DNA from: an uncultured Candidatus Poseidoniales archaeon
GTDB taxonomy: Archaea; Thermoplasmatota; Poseidoniia; Poseidoniales; Poseidoniaceae
DNA length: 64,000 nt
Direction of reading: 5' to 3'
Assembly: GCA_905182715.1 (NCBI GenBank)
Contig: CAJJCP010000015.1
Span: forward strand, 11,170 to 75,169
In this document: positions 45,236 to 52,346 of the stretch, piece by piece
Layout of the letters: the number at the start of each line of letters is the position of its first letter
Position numbering within the stretch: the stretch's first letter is position 1
Made by a program: the position numbers and the translations under genes
Notes under the pieces: model-generated
The model's input: only the letters and a program-made list of their open reading frames with translations
Databases searched by the model: none
What the model was told of the DNA's origin: nothing

Positions 45236-46744
45236 TTGCTGCACCGTCTTCTTGGATTCCAAAAACCTCAGTACTTCAAGCAACAAAGACCCAAGTCGAA
45301 CCGGCTACAAGTCTCTGCTTCTGCAGGTTATGCAGACCGCCGCCTCACTGACCCGTATGTGATTACAGGTATTTCTCTTGGCCTTCCAGGTGGTGAACGT
45401 GTCTTCGATGAAGATACCTTTGAGCGATTGGTTCGTGGCGAAACTTGCCTTTCTGAAGTGAGTGATGAATACAAACAACGTCTTCTCGACAAAAACATTG
45501 TACGTCTCATCAAAGGCCGAGATGGTTCGGTAAATATGGACCAAGCCACAGAGTTTGGTGACATACCGCAACTTGCAGGTATTAAATCGGCATTTGACAT
45601 TTCTGAAGAATTCGGAATCGACCCAAAGGTTGTACTCGCCTGGGATATCACGACTCAACTTGCTGTGGCTGCAGGCCTTCTTGCACTTCGCGATGCAGCA
45701 ATTCCTCTTACGCCAGTTGAACAAATTGGCAAAGGCGGATTGCGTCTGATTCGTAATTGGCAAGTGCCTCAAATTCATCGTGAACGAACTGGAATTGTAT
45801 TTGCTTCTTGTTTCCCCGGACTTCAAATGGCTATGAAACACGCAAAGAGTAACGGCGATGATGGTGAAGGCCGATTCGACCGGCGATATTTATTCCAAAC
45901 CTTGAACATGGGCCATTCCCAATTCGCTCAATATTCCGGAATACGTGGGCCAAATACAACCATCAATCTTGCATGTGCTTCAACAACTGCAGCTTTTGGT
46001 GTGGCTGAAGATTGGCTCAACAGTGACCGTGTTGACCGAGTTGTAATTCTTTCAGCAGATGATGTCACAGGTGAAGATTTGTGGGAATGGATTGGAGGCG
46101 GATTTGCTGCTTCCGGTGCGGCTGCTACAGGCAATGTCATCGAAGAAGCAGCGTTACCATTTGACCGACGCCGTAATGGATTGGTGCTTGGCATGGGGGC
46201 GGCAGCATTCGTCATTGAACGCCATTCAGAAGCAAAAGCACGCGGTGTTCAACCGATTGCTGAACTTCTTGGAACCCGTACAGCTAATTCCGCGTTCCAT
46301 GGTACACGACTTGATGTTGACCACGTTGCAGAAACTGTCAATTCTTTTATGAGTTCAATGGAGCAACAATGGGGTATTAACCGGCATGTAATGGCACCAG
46401 ACACGGTCTTCTTTTCACATGAAACCTATACACCTGCCCGTGGAGGTTCGGCTCAATCCGAAGTACGAGCCTTGCGTGAAACGTTTGGAGAAAGTACTGA
46501 CAGTTTGGTTATTGCGAACACGAAAGGATTCACTGGCCATCCAATGGGTGTTGGAATCGAAGACGCGAGTATGTTCCATGGCATGAAGACAGGACGAATC
46601 CCTCCGATTGCCAATCATAAGGAAACGGATCCAGAACTTGGAAATCTCAACCTCTCCAAGGGTGGCGATTATTCAGACATTCCAATATGGATTACGCTTT
46701 GCAGCAGGTTTTGGTTCTCAAATGGCTCTTTCCTTGGTCCGTAA
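45236..46744 (+). CDS. Second ketosynthase (catalytically complete C-H-H, not a chain-length-factor)
   Basis: Motifs are VITGISLGLPGG, TINLACASTTAAFG (Cys), FFSHETYTPARGG (His) and NTKGFTGHPMGVG (His). The C-terminal end of the KS (YGLRFAAGFGSQMALSLVRKW) is read in the next frame, after a +1 shift near 46682. Confidence 0.8.
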   Translation: MLHRLLGFQKPQYFKQQRPKSNRLQVSASAGYADRRLTDPYVITGISLGLPGGERVFDEDTFERLVRGETCLSEVSDEYKQRLLDKNIVRLIKGRDGSVNMDQATEFGDIPQLAGIKSAFDISEEFGIDPKVVLAWDITTQLAVAAGLLALRDAAIPLTPVEQIGKGGLRLIRNWQVPQIHRERTGIVFASCFPGLQMAMKHAKSNGDDGEGRFDRRYLFQTLNMGHSQFAQYSGIRGPNTTINLACASTTAAFGVAEDWLNSDRVDRVVILSADDVTGEDLWEWIGGGFAASGAAATGNVIEEAALPFDRRRNGLVLGMGAAAFVIERHSEAKARGVQPIAELLGTRTANSAFHGTRLDVDHVAETVNSFMSSMEQQWGINRHVMAPDTVFFSHETYTPARGGSAQSEVRALRETFGESTDSLVIANTKGFTGHPMGVGIEDASMFHGMKTGRIPPIANHKETDPELGNLNLSKGGDYSDIPIWITLCSRFWFSNGSFLGP

Positions 46745-49700
46745 ATGGCCCGTAGTTGGAGAACGAATCGACGGGCAACGTTTCCTTGCATGGAATCGTT
46801 CTCTGGCCAATACTGAGGATGTTGTGATGCGTATTCTCGATAACAAACTTGTTGCTTACATCAATGGTGATGACCGTCTTCATGGAGGTGTACAAGGTGA
46901 ACCCTGGCCGATTACTGCGGCATGGGAAGGCAAACCTTCCGAAATTCTCCCTCCGCCTCTACCGGACCCTGTTCAAGCAACTCCACTCGTTGTAGAACCG
47001 ACTGTCCAACCCGTATCTGTAGTTCCTTCACCTGCTTCAAACGATGTAGATTTGGTTTCAACAGTGATTGAAGTCGTCGTCAATCACACTGGATATCCGG
47101 CAGATTTCGTTGAATTAGACCAAGACCTCGAGGGGGAGTTGGGCATTGATACTGTCAAGCAGGCAGAAATTATGGCGGACATCCGTGAACGGTTTGCCCT
47201 TCCTCTTGATGAAGAATTTGTCCTTTCAGACTATCCAACCCTCACTCATATGATTGGCTATATCCAAAAGATGACAACGGGCGGCATACCTCTTCCTATC
47301 GTAACCCCACTCCTCGCATCAGCAGTGAGTGAAGCCTCTGCTGCACCAACTCCCATCGACATTCCAGTTGAAGTTCCGCAGATTGAAAGCAATGAGCAAC
47401 TGGTGAACTTAGTTGTGGAAGTCGTCGTCCAGCATACCGGTTATCCTGCAGACTTTGTTGAACTTGACCAAGATCTCGAAGGTGAACTGGGCATTGATAC
47501 TGTGAAGCAGGCGGAAATTATGGCTGATATCCGAGAACAATTTACACTTCCATTGGATGAAGACTTTGTGCTTTCAGACTATCCTACATTGAACCATATG
47601 ATTGGTTACATTCAACGTATGCAAGGTGGCTCGCCAATGGTGAAACCAACTCCCACTTCATCCGTAGCCGCTCCTTCACCAATGCCAGCACAACCAATAA
47701 CGGTTCCATCACCATCACCAGCAGTTGAAGTTATTGAAGACTCAGATCTAACCTCGATTGTCGTTGAGGTCGTTGTCCAGCATACGGGTTATCCGAGCGA
47801 TTTCATTGAACTTGACCAAGACCTCGAAGGGGAATTAGGCATTGATACTGTGAAGCAGGCGGAAATTATGGCGGATATCCGAGAACGATTTACGCTTCCA
47901 CTCGATGAAGATTTCGTTCTTTCGGATTACCCAACGCTCAATCACATGATTGGTTACATTCGAAGAATGAAAGGAGGGACTTCAGCACCGATTGCGACAG
48001 TTGCGCCTGCACCAGTTGCTCCAGTACAACCAGCCACGGTAACTCCTCAACCGAGTACACCAACTGTTGTTGCACTTGCTCCTTCGACCGCAGATTCTAA
48101 CATCCAAGAACAATTAATTGAAGTTGTAGTTCGGCATACTGGCTATCCAAATGATTTCATTGAATTAGATCAAGACCTTGAAGGTGAACTGGGCATTGAT
48201 ACAGTGAAGCAGGCAGAAATTATGGCGGATGTTCGAGATATATTCGAACTTCCTCTCGATGAAGATTTTGTTCTTTCGGACCATCCTACCTTGAATCATT
48301 TCACTGCTTACATTCATCGAATGAAAGGTGGTTCGGCTGTTGAAGCTCCATCTGCGTCTGCAGTAGCCGAAGCCGCACCTGTTGCTGTGGCGCCCGTTGT
48401 TGAGCCAGTAGTGGCTGAAATTGAACGTCAAGAGAATTGTCGCCGATGGCAAGTTGAGGTAGAAGGCTGCCCCGGTACCAGTTCTTTGTTAGCACTCGAA
48501 GGAACCATCGTAGTTACTGATGATGGCTGGGGAATCGCAGAAGCCTTTTGCCAACGCGTAGAAGCACGTGGAATGCGTGCAGTGCGTATCGGGTTTGAAA
48601 GTGAAATACGGGACATGTCAAGCCATCAAGAAGCAGGCCGTACCGTTTATCGAGCAGACCCTGCAAATCCAGAACACCTCGCATTGGTCTGCAAAGAACT
48701 CGAACAATTGAATGTAGCGGGATTGGTTCACATGGCTCCTATGAAGCTCGCAGGAGCATCATGGGGTGATGACACACAGCCTTCGTCACAGATTGCATTA
48801 TCTGCACATGGGTATTTCTCTCTCCTCCAAGGATTAGATGCTCACCTTGCATCACGTAAAGATGGTCTTGTAGCCTCTGTGACTGCCATGGATGGACGGC
48901 ACGGAAACATCGGAGAGCGGTTCAACTCAGTTCAATGCGCTGCATCTGGCGTGACGAAATCATATTACTTTGAACAAACACATTTACGAATGCGTGCTCT
49001 CGACTTACATCCAGAACTTATTCTCGATGCAGACCAAGCCGCTGAACACATTGACTCAGACCTGTTTGAAATCGGTGGCGAAATTGAAATTGGATTAGAC
49101 CGCGATGGTCGCCGGTGGACACTTGTCGCCTTTGCTGAAGATCTTGAAAAGGAGATGACTCCATTGCAATCGGATGATACCTGGATTGTTTCAGGAGGTG
49201 GCTCTGGAGTTACTGCAGCCTCAATCATCGGCGTTGCATGCAACTCCCTCAATGCAGGGGCCCACTTTGCCCTCCTTGGACGTTCAACTCTGTTGGAAGA
49301 AACTGAAACGTGGGTTGAATGGTCTCCTTCTCGATTAGATGAGCAAAAGAACGCTCTTCGTGAAGAACTGATGGCAGCCAGTGAATCGGGTAAGGTTACG
49401 ATGGTTGAATGGAATACAGCTTGGCAAAAATATTCTCGCAGTCGAGACGTCTACATCACCATCAAAACGATTCAAGAAACTGGAAATGATGCATCGTATC
49501 ACTCAGTTGATGTCATGGACACCGATGGTTTGAAACAACTTGGTGCCTCTCTAGGCCGTCCTATTACCGGAATTATTCATGGTGCAGGTCTCGAAGATTC
49601 AAAGCTAGTTGCTTCGAAAGATTACAATGTATTTGACAAAGTTATCCGAGTGAAAATCGACGGATGGCACTCTCTTTTGTCGGCAGTAGAAGCCTCAAGT

Positions 49701-51056
49701 GGTGAACTTCGTTTTGCTTCATGCTTTACCAGTGTTTCAGGACGGTTTGGTAATAATGGTCAAACTGATTATTCTGCAGCAAACAGCGTTCTTGATGCAG
49801 AAATGGCTCGATTGACTGCAAGCGGCTCATGTCGCGCTGTTGCTATTGCATGGACAGGCTGGAGAGATGTCGGTATGGCAACTCGTGGCTCATTCCAAGC
49901 AGTATTTGATGCTGCAGGAATTGATACTATCTCCGTAGAAAAGGGTGTTGAAATCTTTGTTGATGAGGCACTACGTGGCGGTAAACGCCGAGTGCTTGGC
50001 TGTGGGAACCTTGGGACAATGGATGCATTTGACGCATTCCGCGAAGCCCCTCTCCGCCTTCCTGCAGAGATGACGAGCATTATCGCTGACCCGTTTCGCT
50101 TCCCTTTTATCGACAAAGTACTCTCCGTTGATGAACGACAATCATTGACGACCCAAACGACTCTTTCAGTTGCCGAACATCCATTCCTCTCAGACCATGC
50201 CATCGACGGAGTTCCGTATCATCCCGGTGTTATGGCTTTGGAGATGTTTGCAGAGAACGCCCTTTTGCTACGCCCATCAGCCTGCCTTGCCGGATTCGAA
50301 GATGTGTCGTTCGGTCTTCCTGTAAAACTCTTGAAAGGTGAAATGGCAGTTCGTGTTCATGCGGAATTGATTCGAGGTGACGGTGAGATGAGTTGGATTG
50401 CATGCCGTTTACTGTCCGATTTGTCAAATTCAAAGGGAGAGGTGTTTGGAGAACGAGAACACCACAAGGCCATTGTCCGAGTTGTTGAACGTCGAGAAGA
50501 CCTTGGTCCATTCTTGCAATCTGAAGTCGAGGCTTTGCCACAACTTGGCACGCCGGCACTTGGTGAATTAGTCGAACTACCATCGTTCATTTACCGACGT
50601 TATTTCCACGGCCCTCGTTTCCAATCTCACGGAGGAGTCCTTCGCGGCATAGGTGATGCAGAAACCCCTGGGGCAGATGGAATTGCTCTTATGCGTCACC
50701 AACTGCCAATATTGGACCAATTTGCCCTTGAGGCACAAGGCGAAGTCGTTCTTTTGGAATCGCTTCCAATGCTGATTGAGGCAGGTTTCCAAAACGCAGG
50801 TTTAGTCGCAATGGAATCCGAAGGTTTCTCTTCACTACCCGTCGGTATTGAATGGTCGTCGATGCTCCGAGTTCCAGAACGCAATGAAGTTCTTCGAATG
50901 AGAAGTCTTCGAACTGCAGTTGAAGATGCAGGTATCACAGTCCACGATGTAGTCGTGGTTGGTGATGACGATGCACCAGTTATTGCGCTCAAAGGATTAC
51001 GTCTCAAGAGCATGGCTCCTGTACCTGAGGGTGAGTCCTTTACCCTTGAGAGGTGA
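46608..51056 (+). CDS. ACP x4 - ketoreductase - PKS-type dehydratase (continuation of the second KS after a frameshift)
   Basis: There are four tandem carrier domains. The KR shows WIVSGGGSGVTAASIIG, IIHGAGLEDS and GQTDYSAANSVLD. The PS-DH shows HPFLSDHAIDGVPYHPGV (HxxxGxxxxP). The TTG at 46608 is only an ORF-caller artefact; meaningful sequence begins at about 46683. Confidence 0.85.
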   Translation: MPIIRKRIQNLEISTSPRVAIIQTFQYGLRFAAGFGSQMALSLVRKWPVVGERIDGQRFLAWNRSLANTEDVVMRILDNKLVAYINGDDRLHGGVQGEPWPITAAWEGKPSEILPPPLPDPVQATPLVVEPTVQPVSVVPSPASNDVDLVSTVIEVVVNHTGYPADFVELDQDLEGELGIDTVKQAEIMADIRERFALPLDEEFVLSDYPTLTHMIGYIQKMTTGGIPLPIVTPLLASAVSEASAAPTPIDIPVEVPQIESNEQLVNLVVEVVVQHTGYPADFVELDQDLEGELGIDTVKQAEIMADIREQFTLPLDEDFVLSDYPTLNHMIGYIQRMQGGSPMVKPTPTSSVAAPSPMPAQPITVPSPSPAVEVIEDSDLTSIVVEVVVQHTGYPSDFIELDQDLEGELGIDTVKQAEIMADIRERFTLPLDEDFVLSDYPTLNHMIGYIRRMKGGTSAPIATVAPAPVAPVQPATVTPQPSTPTVVALAPSTADSNIQEQLIEVVVRHTGYPNDFIELDQDLEGELGIDTVKQAEIMADVRDIFELPLDEDFVLSDHPTLNHFTAYIHRMKGGSAVEAPSASAVAEAAPVAVAPVVEPVVAEIERQENCRRWQVEVEGCPGTSSLLALEGTIVVTDDGWGIAEAFCQRVEARGMRAVRIGFESEIRDMSSHQEAGRTVYRADPANPEHLALVCKELEQLNVAGLVHMAPMKLAGASWGDDTQPSSQIALSAHGYFSLLQGLDAHLASRKDGLVASVTAMDGRHGNIGERFNSVQCAASGVTKSYYFEQTHLRMRALDLHPELILDADQAAEHIDSDLFEIGGEIEIGLDRDGRRWTLVAFAEDLEKEMTPLQSDDTWIVSGGGSGVTAASIIGVACNSLNAGAHFALLGRSTLLEETETWVEWSPSRLDEQKNALREELMAASESGKVTMVEWNTAWQKYSRSRDVYITIKTIQETGNDASYHSVDVMDTDGLKQLGASLGRPITGIIHGAGLEDSKLVASKDYNVFDKVIRVKIDGWHSLLSAVEASSGELRFASCFTSVSGRFGNNGQTDYSAANSVLDAEMARLTASGSCRAVAIAWTGWRDVGMATRGSFQAVFDAAGIDTISVEKGVEIFVDEALRGGKRRVLGCGNLGTMDAFDAFREAPLRLPAEMTSIIADPFRFPFIDKVLSVDERQSLTTQTTLSVAEHPFLSDHAIDGVPYHPGVMALEMFAENALLLRPSACLAGFEDVSFGLPVKLLKGEMAVRVHAELIRGDGEMSWIACRLLSDLSNSKGEVFGEREHHKAIVRVVERREDLGPFLQSEVEALPQLGTPALGELVELPSFIYRRYFHGPRFQSHGGVLRGIGDAETPGADGIALMRHQLPILDQFALEAQGEVVLLESLPMLIEAGFQNAGLVAMESEGFSSLPVGIEWSSMLRVPERNEVLRMRSLRTAVEDAGITVHDVVVVGDDDAPVIALKGLRLKSMAPVPEGESFTLER
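47043..48325 (+). repeat. Four in-frame tandem repeats (period about 348-354 bp) encoding carrier-protein domains separated by Pro/Ala/Val/Ser-rich linkers
   Basis: A near-identical DNA core, ..GACCAAGA(C/T)CT(C/T)GA(A/G)GG(G/T)GA..GGGCATTGATAC(T/A)GT(C/G)AAGCAGGC(A/G)GAAATTATGGC.., begins at about 47121, 47469, 47817 and 48171. Confidence 0.9.
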
Positions 51057-51057
51057 G

Positions 51058-51816
51058 ATGATGGCATTTGAGGAAATTTTTCCTCCACATCAACTCCCAG
51101 TCCGGTCTCTGTGCTTTCGTTGCCCTGTTGAAGCACGTGAGCTCGAACAGGTAACGCTTGCTTCTGTTGATGAAGTCGCTACTTTCGCCGTTGATAAACG
51201 GCGTGATGAGCATTTGTCTGGACGTTGGCTTTTGGCACAAGCGCTCGATCGTTGGGGTCTTGACCCCACTCAACTCGAAGTACGTCGGACTGAATTGCGT
51301 GCTCCAGTTCTCGCCTACCTCTCCGGAATCTGGGTCAATACCCCTCTTCCTTCGATGAGTATTGGCCATGCCGGAGGCTGGGCTTATGTTGCGTTAATCG
51401 AACCTGGTTGGTCTATTGGGATTGATGCTGAACCAGCCGAACGTGGAATCGCTTCAAACGCGTTTGATATGATGGCGAAAGGGGATGAATTACTTTGGTT
51501 ACAGAAAAACCCTGAGCAAGCGATTCAGCTTTGGACAGCAAAGGAATCTGTTCAAAAGGCCATGCAAATGGGGATGCACCTCAACCCTCGTAAAATTGAA
51601 ATTCCAATTGGACTAGGTGTTGTAAATATTTCAATTGAAAATTCAAAAATTCAATTGCAAAGTTGGGCTTTTCTAGGTTCAAGGATTGCGCTTGCATGGC
51701 GCCAAGGTTCAGTCGGTTTAAGAACCTCTGAAGATGATCTGTTAGATGTGACGAAAAAAGCGATGAGTGAACAAGAATGGGGTGTCGGCTGTAAAACCAG
51801 TCGAGGGAATGTCTGA
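51058..51816 (+). CDS. Sfp-type 4'-phosphopantetheinyl transferase
   Basis: Motifs are SIGHAGGWAYVAL, IGIDAEP and LWTAKESVQKAMQMG (the W/F..KES..K motif). AGGTGA sits just upstream of ATGATG at 51058. The ORF is open from 50959 and overlaps the megasynthase end. Confidence 0.8.
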   Translation: MMAFEEIFPPHQLPVRSLCFRCPVEARELEQVTLASVDEVATFAVDKRRDEHLSGRWLLAQALDRWGLDPTQLEVRRTELRAPVLAYLSGIWVNTPLPSMSIGHAGGWAYVALIEPGWSIGIDAEPAERGIASNAFDMMAKGDELLWLQKNPEQAIQLWTAKESVQKAMQMGMHLNPRKIEIPIGLGVVNISIENSKIQLQSWAFLGSRIALAWRQGSVGLRTSEDDLLDVTKKAMSEQEWGVGCKTSRGNV

Positions 51817-52266
51817 TTACTTCCAGAACATGTATGCATCTCGACTTGATTCCCATGGCAGTCCAACTGCAATGCCCAGTTCGGTTAAGATCACATAATT
51901 GAATAACAAATACAGTAGGTATGCGGTGCTCAACACGAGGAGTGAAGTGTTGATGACCTTTCTCCGATTTCGTTTTGCTTCATCAAAGGTGCAAATCCCT
52001 TGTTCGCGAAAATACACAACAAGGCCCACAATCACACTAATTGCAGCTACCAAAAGCATGGTGCCACGGAACCAACCAAAACCGTCTCCACCCCAATACA
52101 GTGTATCTGAGAGGGCTGCGCCTGTCGAAACAGTAGCGAGGCCGAGCATAACCATCACTACAGATGGCAGGCAACACAAGGAAGCAACCAATGTGGACCC
52201 GGCGATATACTTCCATAATGAGGAAAAAACTCCGGTTGATTTGACTCCCGCATCACCGCCTTCCAT
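51817..52266 (-). CDS. Small membrane protein with a Cys-Cys motif in TM1 (MerT/MerF-like putative metal transporter)
   Basis: LVASLCCLPSVVMVMLGL resembles the vicinal-Cys TM1 of mercury transporters. There are three or four TM segments and an additional Cys in GICTFDE. Confidence 0.35.
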   Translation of the reverse strand: MEGGDAGVKSTGVFSSLWKYIAGSTLVASLCCLPSVVMVMLGLATVSTGAALSDTLYWGGDGFGWFRGTMLLVAAISVIVGLVVYFREQGICTFDEAKRNRRKVINTSLLVLSTAYLLYLLFNYVILTELGIAVGLPWESSRDAYMFWK

Positions 52267-52346
52267 ACATAACGATAATGCGTTGTGCTTTTGAAACCCT
52301 GCATGAGTCCTTAGGATTTGTATCCTTCAACATGGGTCGGTATTCT

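Noticed and set aside
46608-46682. TTG 'start' of the ACP-KR-DH ORF overlapping the end of the second KS
   Set aside because: The overlapping segment encodes nonsense (MPIIRKRIQNLEISTSPRV..). Recognisable KS C-terminal sequence begins only at about 46683, so the ORF is a frame-shifted continuation and not an independent gene start.
41881-46744. Programmed ribosomal frameshifting as an explanation for the repeated +1 shifts
   Set aside because: The sites share no common slippery heptamer or downstream structure. Eight programmed shifts in one gene would be unprecedented. Indel error or decay is far more likely.
47043-48325. Regularly spaced near-identical repeats that could suggest a CRISPR array or satellite
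   Set aside because: The period is about 350 bp and the repeats are in frame within a long ORF. Each unit encodes a carrier-protein domain plus a Pro/Ala linker, so this is tandem domain duplication and not a CRISPR array.
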